Below are positions 11,779 to 24,099 of a stretch of 64,000 nt of DNA, piece by piece (the first letter of the stretch is position 1; each line of letters begins with the position of its first letter). This DNA comes from Paraspadella gotoi. Lineage: Eukaryota > Animalia > Chaetognatha. Position numbers and translations under genes: made by a program. The stretch spans positions 10,438,703-10,502,702 of the forward strand of contig CM119263.1 in the NCBI GenBank assembly GCA_051294375.1, in the 5' to 3' direction. Below the pieces are notes generated by a model. It had not been told where the DNA came from. It saw only the letters and a program-made list of their open reading frames with translations, and searched no databases.

Positions 11779-14700
11779 CATGCAGCCCCCCCGCCCAAAA
11801 CGGTCCGATATCTTCTGACAAAACCCCGGCTGGCCTGAGAGCTCTCTCTCTTCTCTCGTCTCTTCTCTCTCTCTCTCTCTCTCTCTCTCCTCGTCTCTCC
11901 TCTCTCTCCCTCTCTCTCTCCTCTCTCCCCTCTCTCTCTCTCTCTCTCTCTCGTCCTCTCTCTCTCTCTGCTCCCGTGGGCATTCAGCCAACCTTTCCGC
12001 TTTTTTGCCCGGTGTAAGTCAATACAGTTAAAGATGATACAAGGAAAAAGATGATAAAGGAATGAAAAGATAAACTACACAGAGTGCAAAATAAAAATAC
12101 ATACGAGATACTGTACATAAAAATAGGAAAAAAAAAGAATTTAGAAAGGAAAATATATCGAAAACCATTAAGAAAGACGTAAAAAAAAGAAGGAAAAAAT
12201 CTATGTACATATAAAAAGTAAAAAAACATCTTATTTTTGGAAAAGGTGTGGCACTGCGACAGCTTCTCCATATAAAAAATATAGAAAATAAAAAACGAGG
12301 AAAACGAGTAGGAAAGCCTTTGGCGCTTTAGTAGTCAAAACAGTTCATATGAGTTTCGCAATATATTCTTGTGACAATATTTAATATTTAATATTGCATT
12401 GAATACCAACGATCGAATTTAAAAACAACTCGACGATAAACGGCAGTTCCCGTGAGCCTAAGTATCCAGTCAACTCTTTTCTCCACCTCGCGGCGCCCAT
12501 TAAAATTAAGTATTAAACGGAAACGATAAATTCTTAGACCGTGAAGTGCGTATGGACCTTGGCCGCAGTTACATTATGCACAACTCATATCTTCCTCTCG
12601 CTTCAATTAATCTCATCGCGGATTTTTCCCCCTCGCCTCTTCCACGGTTATCGCCAGATAATGGCGAACGTTGCCTTTGCTTGTCGTCGACGGGAGTAGA
12701 TACGATGATTTCCATCAGTAGTCCCTGGTTCGAGACCACGCGTGTACTTAGTATTCGCAAATACAATTACGCCAAGATCGAATAGGCGATTAAGACAATA
12801 ATAAACTTGTGACTTAAGGATTCATAAGCACAATATATTTTTGAACCATGTAGATTATAGATTCAACTCGAGTGAATGAAGCGACAACCACAACGACCAC
12901 AACGACGACCACAAAGACGACCACTTCTCTTATCTCTTATCGCAAAGTCGCGCGTCACTCGACTCTCACGACGGTGACTCTCACTTACGCGACGGAGACG
13001 GAGGCGAATTAAGCGCGACGACCTTGGGCCTTTCTCGTCAAGGTTACGTTGTCACAATGACTCAAGGTTACATTATCACAACGAGTGCGTGAATCCCGGG
13101 AGAGTCTTTGCCGAATCCACCTCCGCCTTTCACTTTTCTTCCTTTCTATTTTATATTTCATTTCTTTTTTTTTTCTCTCTCTCTGCCTCCACCGGCCTTA
13201 ATTCCCATCCTTACGACATTTACGCGTAATTCGAATCATTTTTACTATCTCCTTTCTCTTTGCAAAGGTCGTATTTTATTTTTTTTATTTTTCTGTTTAA
13301 TCTTTCAGAAGAAGTAATTCTATCATTATATCGCTTGTAAAAATTTCTTATTGATAGGAATCCTAGTAGGATGGTAGAAAATTAATCCAGATAACAAATT
13401 TTCTTATTTATTTATTCTCCCCCTCATTCTCCCACGCTACCTTTTTCTCTTTTCAATCTTTTCCTTTCCTCGCACCGGAAATGGCCACTCTAACGTCGGC
13501 CACGCCCATTTCCGGCGTTGCGCGTTCCACGGAAATCGCGGGAGGAGCGTCTTACTATCGACGATTAACCATAAAGGAAAAAGACGGATCAATTTGCTCC
13601 AAACATAAAATAATAAAATTAACCTCAACAGTCATTACTTAATTGCTGACCTTTCAGATCGAAATTCTGTCCCAATCAAGAAAACAATGGAGTTGAATTT
13701 TTAATGCAATAGAAAAGAGTGAAGTCTATAATGTTTAATTTTGTTTATTGTGTACGCAACTAATAACTAACAAAAAACCAAAAAAACACACTTATAAACT
13801 TTATTGCGAAATCGTTTATTTTTCCGAAAGGTAGTCAAATATGGTGGGCATATTTGGATCGAAGATAAAACATTTTGAGTATGCCACTTTCAGTTAACAG
13901 ACAGAAAGACAAGTCCGGTATAGATCTATAGTAATTTAGAACCATGCCTTTTTTATTTTCAAGGTCCAGAAAAATATCTTTCGACCGCGCTTCATTTCCA
14001 AAATCCGCCTCGATCTTTAAAGGGGCCTTAGGTTGGGATTTATGCCTCACAAGTCTAAAGAGCAGTCGGCCGAAGAGCTTCAATGAAACTCAGCTCAAGA
14101 GGATAATCATTGGCGATATGGGCTAGGGCTCTTAAAAGGGCATTCAGAATAGAAAAAGTCACTTTTAAAAGTTGGTTACATGACTAAAGAAAGAACAATC
14201 TGAGAAGACATTGAGAGATGTCGGTTTATTTGATAAGCAAGACTTGCCTTACAGCTTGAGCCTTCATTTTTTGTGTGGAATAGTGTGAAATAAAAAGACA
14301 GATTCTGGCATAACTCTCTGAGGTACCCAAGTCTCTTAGAATAATCTATTGTTTTAAGACAAAGCCGAATTTAAAAACGAGCGCCCTTTCTACCGAAGAT
14401 GTCAGTCTTGATAAGGCTTCGTGTCTTGAGAGGGCGATGAGCTCCGAGGAGGGCGCCCGCTCTCGAGAGGGCAGGCGGACTGCGCACGCGCGAGGAATTA
14501 CCGCGGGATTTTTCTCGACCTCGGGGCGAAAGCGAGAGTCATAAATCACGTGACCGGGAGGCGAGTGTGGGTGAGGAAAGGGGGAAAGTCTTTGTTGTCT
14601 TTTCTTAGTTGTCGTTGTTTGTGTGTATGTTTGTATAGTATCTTGCGCTAGTGGTTGCCAACATTGTCGCCGTCGTTGTCGTCATGACCTGAGGCAGGGA

Positions 14701-15282
14701 GAAGAGATGAAAGGAGGGAGCAGAATGAAAAAGAGACGTCGTCGTCGTCGTCGTCGTCGTCGTCGACGCCCGGTCTCTCTTAATATTTCACATCACTTCT
14801 CACCATCGCGCGCGATTGTTCGTAATTAGCTCCGGGGAATCCGAACGAGTATCTTCATTCTTCGAAAATGATCTTCATCTCTCGTTAGTTTTTTTTTTTT
14901 CTCCATAACATGTTTACATTTTTTTGTACCGAGCTAAATATATATATTGATTACATTTCTTACTAACTCTTAGTTGTAGACCGAAGTGAAAATTGTAGTG
15001 ATTTTTACATCATGACTTTTTGATTTAAAAAAAAAAATGATAGCACTTTATACATAAAAATTTTTCTTCTCCTCCCATTTAAAACTTTCTTCTCGAAGAA
15101 AAATACTCCATTTTTTTCATTCTTTATTCAAATTTGATTCATATATCTCGATTCATCTTTTTCTCTATTTAATCTCCCTCCCCCCACTCACCCAACAACC
15201 TCATCACCGCCCCCGCCTTCGAATCCGCCGTCTTCTCCCATTCGAAGCCGACAAAGTTTCAAGGCCGACTTTTATCAATGTA

Positions 15283-15317
<35 letters not shown>

Positions 15318-16099
15318 GTGGGAAAGCTGGGTCGAAGATCACGGATAAAATATTTTGGTGAAAGAACAATGTAGCTCACAGTCAAGCTACACCATATGGC
15401 TTTCATAACAGCGTGACTCAGCGGACTGTCCATCTTCTCTCAATCTTTTTTTCTATTTTTCTCTCTTTTTTTCTTTTTCTCTCTCTAGATAAAATATGAT
15501 CTTTATAAAAAGTTAGATAATAAATATATATATAATATAAATGTTATAAAAAAATTTCAATGTCTTTCAGCGTCAAAAATGAAAAAAAAATGTAAAAAAT
15601 TCACCTCTACATACATTTTTCATGTTGGTGTAGGAACATATTATATGATCAAACATTTTGGTTATTTTTTGCAGCTTAACCTAAAAAATCATAAAAAATA
15701 TTTTACAAAAGGTTTTGTTTTTCTGGCAAATCCGAAACTTAAAACTGAAAAAAATATAATTTTATGATTTTATAAGGATATACTATAAAGAAAATTTAAT
15801 TTTATGATACTGTTATAAAATTTTTTTGAAAAAAGGGCCGAATTATTTTTATTTTATGTACAAGGCAACAAAAATATGGTTCCATCTGTAGTATATTTAA
15901 CCGAGGAGCAGACACAAGACATGAAACGTTAACTTAATCCTATGACAACAGCCGGTCGCCTGTTATGGCCCATTGGGATGGGGCATCTCACTGTTAGCTT
16001 TGGGGGCTTCCGACCTCAGTGACGCCTCCAGTCACTGGCGCGGTTACCTAGGGACGGTCTTCGCTTTGCCAACGCAGAGGGAAGTCATTAGGACTGTGG

Positions 16100-17378
16100 A
16101 TTGGAAGACCGACGCCAGTACGCCTGGGAATGGGTGTTTTTCCCCCTCATGAGCCAATAGATTTGGCTCGAAGAATGGTGGACGTGAGGCGGTGGTAGAA
16201 TACGTTACCGCCACAATCCCATTATTATGAATTCGAACGTCCTCTTCAGAATGGAGATTGCCGTTTACAAAAGCATCATAGGACATTTCCGACCTGCGCT
16301 TTTGTCTGCGCAATGTCCCTGGGGTCAATTTGCTCGGCCTCGTGGTGGACGAAGGGAGTTTCCGATCTCGCCCGCCTTGACCGTAAAGTCGATAATTGCA
16401 AGCAGGTAGTTTTTTATATTTTTTAATAGCTGCCGTTAGAATTGAAATACTATAAGTCATTTCTTCGTATTTCAGTAATGTTTTTTTAACAGATAGAAGA
16501 AACGACACATCTTTCTTTTCAACCTCGTCGATCTTCGAAAATAAGCGAACATGACGGTCAGTCTAGACGAAGCAAATGAGCGCCCAAGTACTAACAGAGA
16601 ACATGGGCACAAAAGCGCGGGGGGTGGCTCTCACAGAACATGAGACTGTCACAGGTGGTTTGACTGTCGCTAATTTTTGTTTAGGTGATAAATATATGAC
16701 TAATCCTGTAGATCTTTCTTTTCTAGTGGGCGTTGGTTGTCTCCGGGTATAAAAACGAACGTATTAAAACGGTTTGTGGAAAATTGGAGCGATGCGTGGC
16801 CCATAACATCCCATCGCGCTCTTGGCGGATTGACTCGGTTTTTACTACTGCTTTCAGTGTGGAAATATCATGTATCGTATTCAAGTCCAATTCGTGTATA
16901 CTTTCGATAACACGATTAATCTAAAATATTCCAAAATCAATTCTGAATAAATGACAGGTACCCGAAGACTTGGGCAATGCCTTGGTGCTTTTGGACAAAC
17001 TCCAAGGGTTGTGGAACGGAATGACGCGATCCACTGGTTGAGCATGCGCGCACATATCCTTCTTGTCCTAAATTTGGCAACAGAAAGGCCGTCACGCCAG
17101 TTCGCTAAATATAACACAATCACAAGGTAAGTTTCCATCTTAAATGAAAAACTTATTGACACAATCTTCTTCACAGGTTTTTCTTTCACACGTATCATCA
17201 GAGAGATTCTAATTCTGGCGAGTTTACTGAAGATGAGCTGGAATTATATTGGTCGTTCCCTGTAATCCTCAATACAGCAATCAAAGCAATCGTCTTCAGT
17301 CGTTCAGAAACAAATGGCGATGGGAGAAACCTAGTCAACATCCCGAAAATCTTTCTTCTGCCGGTTTCTTCTTTATTG
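16100..17378 (+). CDS. Inhibitor of apoptosis (IAP/BIRC family) gene fragment with three BIR domains; multi-exon, frameshifted in this assembly
   Basis: BIR1 C-terminus NGDCRLQKHHRTFPTCAFV (~16250-16306), preceded by EDRR..W.FFPLMS/PIDLAR. BIR2: YKNERIKT/FVENWSDAWP..LAD..GFYY (~16748-16850), then after acceptor ACAG|G (16957) EDL.QC/PWCF..DPLVEHARTYPSCP (17028-17069). BIR3 N-half NPQYSNQSNRLQSFRNKWRWEKPSQHPENLSSAGFFFIG ends at donor G|GTAAAG (17378). Candidate GT-AG introns 16406-16492 and 17127-17176. These match the BIR consensus R..(T/S)F..WP...P..LA.AGF.Y.G..D...C..C...W...DDP..EH....P.C. Confidence 0.85.
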
Positions 17379-17500
17379 GTAAAGTATTGTTTGTGAGTAA
17401 GCAATACAAATTACACATCAGTAAGGGGATGGGGCGATATATCTACTTTAACCCACAAGGGTTGATTAAAATTTACCATTTTGATTTTAATCTTCTACGA

Positions 17501-17592
17501 AGTGCACTCGGAAGTGTACTCGGGAGAACTCTTATAAGACACTTGGGTGTCGGTCGTTATGTCATCGTGCTGTTCAACTTACGTTATAAATC
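17501..17592 (+). mobile_element. Degenerate 5' part of the HINE/DINE-like element (third copy), in the IAP intron
   Basis: AGTGCACTCGGAAGTGTACTCGGGAGAACTCTTATAAGACACTT..GTCGGTCG..ACTTACGTTA aligns with the 56873 copy AGTTGCGCCGCGAGTACTCGCGGAGCAACTCTATAAGCCACTT..CGGTCGGTC..ACTTACGTTA. Confidence 0.55.
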
Positions 17593-18379
17593 TTAATTTG
17601 GGTAATATATCAATTAAGTTTATTTTTCGTATGCAGTTTGGTACTATAAGACTTTTATGTGCATATGTATCATATATAGGATAAAAAAAGTGATTACATA
17701 ATACATATATAGAAATTTTAATATGCATAATTTAGGAATACTGAATAATTTTAGTTAAATTTGGCAGATGGTAAAAAAAAATAAATGCTTTTGTTTCATA
17801 TATTTTATATTGATTTAGTAACTTTCCGATTAGAATTATGGTTATATTTAAATAGTTATTTTAAAGTTTTAAAATCATTAAACATTGTGTTTTTTTCCTT
17901 TCCTGTTTCGTTGTGATTTTGATTTAGAACAAAGTTTGTAAGAGAGATTTTTATATTTCATAGTGAAACGGAACATGTTCGACTCACATACGAGTCTTCT
18001 TAAGCGCCTTATTCAAATTTAGTGAATATTGAGAGAATTTTGTACATAAAGAATTTAAAAATCGTTGTTAAATTCTCCTTCAAACTTTGTTCTAAAAATC
18101 ATTAAAGAATAAGAGACCGGAATTGCAATGCAGTAAATATCAAAAAAAAACGTTTATCTTATACATTATGAAAAAAAATTACTGTGACGCAACACACTGG
18201 AATTACCGTTATTGTTTTTATAAACAGCTTATGAAAATCAAACATCCTCGGATAAATACGCCTTCTTTGAAAACAAACACACTTCCGTTTCCTTGCCAGT
18301 CCAAAGTCTGGAGCTGGATGCCATTGAAGAGACAGTAATTATTGTATGAGTTAGTGCAAACCGTTCTATTATAAGCAGT

Positions 18380-18522
18380 CCCTGAGGCTTCGGATCAGGC
18401 TGTAACACCCGAGTTACAGGCGGGTTAAGCGCCCGTCCCTCTTAACTGCAGATGACCACCGGGCTAGAACCCCGACCTTGGGTTGGGAGAGGCGAATGAC
18501 TTGCCTCCGTGCACCAATAGCC
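18380..18522 (-). mobile_element. tRNA-derived SINE-like element
   Basis: The minus strand has an A-box-like TTGGTGCACGGAGG and a B-box-like GGGGTTCTAGCCC at tRNA-like spacing, followed by a GC-rich body; no convincing cloverleaf. The 3' boundary is approximate. Confidence 0.4.
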
Positions 18523-19696
18523 GCTGATGAACGGTTGTGGATTTTTAGTCCACCATACTATTAATGATTTATAAAAAAAATGATCTCTCTTCACGTATTT
18601 TTAACGCTTTAGCGCGTAAGTGGCGTAGTCGTCGTCGTCGGCGGCGTTCCAACTTATCGATCGCCTTTTTATGATTAAATGTGGGTGGTGTATGAAGCTG
18701 AAAATTTATATACAGCTCATACATCGAGGTCCATGAAATTGGGTGAGGACAGTTATTAAATATGTTTGTTTACGTTATTATAATTCAAAACAAACTAATT
18801 TTCCTCTATTATTTTATGTTTCCTTCTCTACATCTCTCTTTTCTCTTTTAAAATTTAATATGTAGCTCTCTCAATCTTTTTCCCCAGAGCTGATTCATCG
18901 AAAAAAAAAAAAAGAGGTCTGCAGGTCAGTTCTGCAGGGGCTTTCTTTCTTTTTCTCTCTTTTCTCCTGCTGCTTTTTGATTTCCTTTTTTTTCTGGCTG
19001 CCTCTGCTGCGGCCGCTGCTGATTCGTCCGAAAACGAATTTGGCTTCTCTCTCTACTTCTGCGTTTTTGATGTTTTTTATTTTAAAATTTTCTTTGAGCA
19101 AACAATGTCGGATCTTGCCCTAACGGTTAATATATTTAATTAATCTAGATTAATAGTATTAATTCATTAAAAATTAATTATTTTTAATAAATTAATTATA
19201 AAATTATATTCAGCTTTTCATCTATCGATGTCTTAAAATTGCGTCAGGACCAGTATAATTAAATGATTTTGTTTACATTTTATCAAAACATTAACAATGT
19301 CCTCTATTATCGAGCCAGCGGAAAAGCCCGTCCGTGGCTAAGATTTTGTTCGGGTTGTTTAGTTCTTTTCGGTCACAGCTTCTTTTGCAATCATGGCTTC
19401 TGAAAGTAGTGAATCATAGGGAGTGTGAAATTCTCATATATGGCTTTCTCCATCATCAAGCATCTTTAAAAATTCCCCACTCCATCGCTTTACATATCAA
19501 ATATTCGTAATTTGTTTCATGTTCTTAATTTACAAACAAAAACGTTTTAATTATATGTCGCTCTCGCATCTCTCTTTCTTTTAAATATATGTCGCTCTCT
19601 CTCTCTTTTCTCCGTCACTGCTTCTTCTGATTTGTCTTAAAACGAGTTCCGGCCTCTTGCCAGCGTCTGTTCCATCTTCTCTCTCTCTCTCCTCTT

Positions 19697-19738
<42 letters not shown>

Positions 19739-19782
19739 AAAATTTTAGATATAATGTGGGCTCCAACTAATTAAAAAACGAA

Positions 19783-19855
19783 TGCCGCGAACAGGGTGCG
19801 AACCCGGGTCCTCTGGGTAGAGAAGAGCTCACGACACGTCCGGCGCCATAGGTAC
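19783..19855 (-). mobile_element. tRNA-derived SINE head or tRNA pseudogene
   Basis: Minus strand TATGGCGCCGGACG...GAGGACCCGGGTTCGCACCCTG contains a B-box/T-arm-like GGTTCGCACCC. Confidence 0.4.
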
Positions 19856-20799
19856 TGCTGATTCTTTAACGAGTAATAGGGGCTGTAGAGCTTCTCCTCT
19901 CTCTTTACTTATATATATTATATCGCTCTTTCTCTCTCTCTTTTTCTCTGCAGCTGGCTCGTCTCTCCTCTCTCTCTTTTTCTTTCCTCTCTTCTCTCTC
20001 TCTCGTCTCTCTGTGTGTGTCTGTCTCTCTTCCGTCTCTGCGTGGGATCGTATTGTTTTTTGAAAACGTTCTGATATATACTTTTTTTCCTTGCCTACGA
20101 AAACATTTACGTTTAGCATTTATTCCGCGCTTTATTTCCAAATAACCAAATCCCATCTATTTTTCATCCCCGAGATTTTCGTCGGAGTTTTCTCTCTTTC
20201 TTTGCTCTCTCTCTTTCTTTTCCTCGTCTCTTCTCTCTCTCTCCTTCTCTTATCAATCTGCACGCATTTGTTTGTTTTATTGAGATATAATCAGCCATCA
20301 ATGAATGACATCTACTGCATCAGTGAATGAATATCTATCCAGCAGCTGAATGACTATAATCGCATCTTTGTATTTGATCAATGTTATCTATTACATCAAA
20401 TATAATATTCACTTAATTACATGCGAATCAATTAGTCTGTACGCTCAATCACTACATATATACATCAATAATACGTTATCGCCATCATGCCGACGCATTG
20501 GATTCATTCGGCTTTTTTTCCGCTCGAGGTTTTTATTCCAACTTATTGTTCTTGTTGATAAGGTGGCCTCTTGGCTTCGATACGTTGAAGTCTTTTAAGA
20601 TTGTTTATTAATTTTATGTCTCCTTCTCGTCTCTTCTCCAGTCTCCTCTCTTTCGTCTCTCACTACATCACATTCCTGCTTTTCTCGTCCTTCTCCTCTC
20701 TTCTCTCTTTTTAATGCCCGATAGCGACGATCCTTATGCTTTCTAAGATTTTTTTTCACTGCAATCTTTTTTCAAACTTGCATCATTTTTCAACTTGCA

Positions 20800-21850
20800 T
20801 TCCGTCAAAACTCTTATATCTAGCTTCTCACTCACTTTCCTACCGGCTCAGCAAATTTGCATCTCAGATCTAATCATGCTATAAAATAAATAAAAAGTTA
20901 ACGTAAACTGTGACTCATATTTTTTTTCATTTAAAACTCATTCTCCGCTCACATAGAGGTACGTCCACTGAAACTTTATATCAAAGCTTCGTCACACATA
21001 TTTCCTACTCCAAGCACAGAGAATTTCAAGACTACAATCTACCTTCCGATCCATTATGATTAATTAGAGTATTGTTATTGGTTCAAAAATAGATAAAGAT
21101 TTTTAGTAAATTTTGACTATATTTTTTTCCTTTAAGAAAAAGACTTAATCTTTTTCCCCACTTCCCAAACGTATTCGCATCGGAGAACTTTGATATCACC
21201 CGTATCCTACCAACACAAATTAACTTCCAATCCAACCAGCCCATATCACGAAGTTATTGGACGTTCCTTTTTGAGGCTAAGATGGCGATGGTGATGGACG
21301 GATTGATTGACTAAATTGAATTGAATTTATTGATTTAATTTTTGTGCTTAATTGATGTAATTAACTGATTGCATATATTATTTGAATTATTAATCCATCC
21401 TGACATAATACATTTAATATAAAAGGAAAAAGAACGCAATAATGCATAATTAGTAAAACAGGGTTTTAGTCCTTTTTTCCCTTTTAAAAACTCATTTCCA
21501 CTCGAAGACTATTTCCATCAGAAAAAACTTCGCATTTCCTGTTCATATCACACACTTTCCTACCCATACAAAATTCCAGGTCAATCAGCCCATCCCTCAT
21601 GAGCAATTGGTGTTCAAAATAGTGAATATAATCATTTATTTTGTTTTTTTTCATTTATAACTATTTCCACTCGGACGATCCATCGAAAACTTCATATATA
21701 TCCAGGCTCAATCACACACTTACCTATCCACACACAAAATTTCATTTAAAATCCATCATCCAAATCACGAGTAATTGGTGTTGTTTTGCTAAGGTGAGGA
21801 GCGGACGGACGGACGGAACGGACATCATTTTTATTTTGCATAAATTTATC
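20800..21850 (+). mobile_element. Element with tandem ~150-200-bp core repeats followed by a (GGAC)n microsatellite (HINE/pearl-like architecture)
   Basis: The core motif CCATCRAAAACTT..CACACACTTTCCTACCCAYACAAAATTTCA..GAGYAATTGG recurs near 20800, 20960, 21170, 21510 and 21680; the last unit ends in GCGGACGGACGGACGGAACGGAC (~21800). The sequence is noisy. Confidence 0.55.
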
Positions 21851-22819
21851 ATCAATTCGATGTATTCTGACATGAATATAAGTTAAGTGCCCGACAATAA
21901 TTGAGGGGGGCGGACCGACTGGACCGACAAAGTGAATTATAGAGTATAAATAAAATATAATAAAAATAATATATAATAATAATAATATAAGAATAATATA
22001 GAGTATAAAAATTGAATTAAGGATTAACACTCGTAAAAATTAGGCATTCATTCGTGCATGTTATCATTTTGCTATCTCAAATCGGTTTTTATTTCGTTCT
22101 TCTTCTCGTCACTCTTTTCCTTTATGCTATTCTTTTCTTTCCTTTCCATTCTTTCTTTCCTTTCCATTCTTTCTTCGCTTTTCTATTCTTCTTCGTTTCT
22201 ATCTTTCTGTTCCTTTTTTTTTTTATTCTTTTTTCTTTTCCATTCTTTCTTTCTGTTTCTATTTTTTCTTTTCCTTTCTAATGTCTTTCTCTTTCCTTTC
22301 TATTGCTTCCTTTCCTTTCTAGTTTTTCGTTTCCTTTCTATTCTTTCTTTCTTTTATTCTTGTTCTTCCTTTTTATTTCTTTGCTTTCTTTTCGCGCTTC
22401 TCGTCTTTTTTTTCTTTGCTATTATTTTGTTGCTCCCTTCTCTAGTCTACTTGCTTAGTCTTTCACACCTAGTCAGTTTTTTTCAGTTTCACATATTTAT
22501 TCTGTTCTTGCCTTTCTATTCTGTGTCTTTTCCCTTCTATTCTGTGTCTTGTGCTTCTACGTTTTGATCTTATACTTATATTTATCTATTCTTACTGGGG
22601 GTAGGTTTGCTCATTAGAGTGCTGGGGTTAGGAAGTAGGGGTTCCAGAAATGATGAAAAAAGTGTTTCGAGTAGTTACTCTTAAGTTTGGTATTCATTAT
22701 GCATAAAATAAATTTTATTCGACTTTTTTTTAGTCATCAAAAGCTCTTGGTGTTTTGAGAGTTGCGTCATCTAGATTTTTCTTATGCGATTTGCGACGAG
22801 AATGCACCGTAGGGTAAAG

Positions 22820-23200
22820 ATCGGGGAAGTCCAAGATTGTCTTATTTTCGTAGAGATGTGATTTAATAATTTGTTATTTTTTATTATGTTTTTTCGAGTC
22901 ATGACTCGCTCCACGGTCCTTTTGAATTTCCGCAGCGCGAAGCGGAAGAAGTGCACTTCGCCGTCCTGAACTACCTTACACAGAGTCGAAGTCGGTCGTT
23001 TTTTTGGCGCGATATGGAAGTTGGACCTGGATGGCGGGAAAAAAGCGACGACGACGACGATGATAGAGATGAATATATATGAAGAGACGATGCTGATAAG
23101 CAACATTAGAATTAATTTTTGTAGCATGAGCGGCGGTGTGAATAATGTCGGCCAAAAATACTAAAACCTCTGTATGAAAAAAATGAATAAAAGGAAAATA
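22820..23200 (-). repeat. Noisy inverted copy of ~27000-27300
   Basis: Reverse complement of GGCCGAATATTCACACCGCC...CGACCGACTTCGACTCTG...CAATCTTGGA, with many insertions. Confidence 0.8.
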
Positions 23201-24099
23201 GAATAAGCGCATTTCTGAACCACCCAAAAGAAAATGAAAATATGCATTGAAATAGTTTGTTAGAACCTAAACAGAATTTTTCGGTCGTTTTATAATGTTC
23301 GATAAAATAATTTCTGATCCAAGCAATGTCGTTTTTTTTAAATTTTGAAATTTTAAAGTTTTCTTAATATTATTTTTTCATATGACAAACATTAAGTAAA
23401 TAGAGATAACTTCATTCACAACAACGTTAAGTTTCATGCTTTTGTCAAAGTATAATTTTATCTTTTCTATTATATATCTATCAATTGATCGTACTGAAGA
23501 GGAAGCTTCTCATAGTTTGCAATACGCTCGGAACATAACAAATCAAGAGAACGACGACACTCAATAAGCCTACGACATCATGAATGTTACGCGATTTCTC
23601 GAAGTTATATCTAAAAAACGTATCCTTAGATTAACAAAGCCCGCACTTACCTGGAGACCGTTCTCTTGTGTGTATATTTACTCTGATTACAATATATAGA
23701 GATCGAGGGAACTTAAATCCGAAATTCTTAATTTACAATAAAACTATAGAAATATGTAACAAACACTGACGTGCTCAAGGCGTCTCCTAGAGATCAGAGC
23801 TATTTTCGTTAAAGTCTGTGTCCTTAACCCAATAGATACTTTGAAATGGCGTGATGTATAAAGTATATGTGTGGGTGTGTGTATAAGTTATATGATCTGG
23901 AAATGAGGAGTCTGGTGTTTTAGTGAAATATAATGGTAAGACGCTCATCAGAGAAAGCAGCGATGAATATAGTGGATATTAGAGCACTCCGGCTACGAAA
24001 GAAATCCCCTCACTGTATTAATACTCTTTCATTTTGAGTCTAGATACTTCAGTTCCCTCTGTGACTTCAATTCGTTTCGTTGGATAGTTGTACGAAGAA

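Noticed and set aside
12539-14126. Possible exons (DREVRMDLGRSY... and KLFGRLLFRLV...)
   Set aside because: Short frames with no recognisable domain and no consistent donor/acceptor chain.
16044-16508. 154-aa minus-strand ORF
   Set aside because: Antisense shadow of the BIR1-coding region on the plus strand.
18380-19855. Functional tRNA genes
   Set aside because: Only A/B-box-like motifs; no complete acceptor stem or cloverleaf could be drawn, so they are listed as SINE-like.
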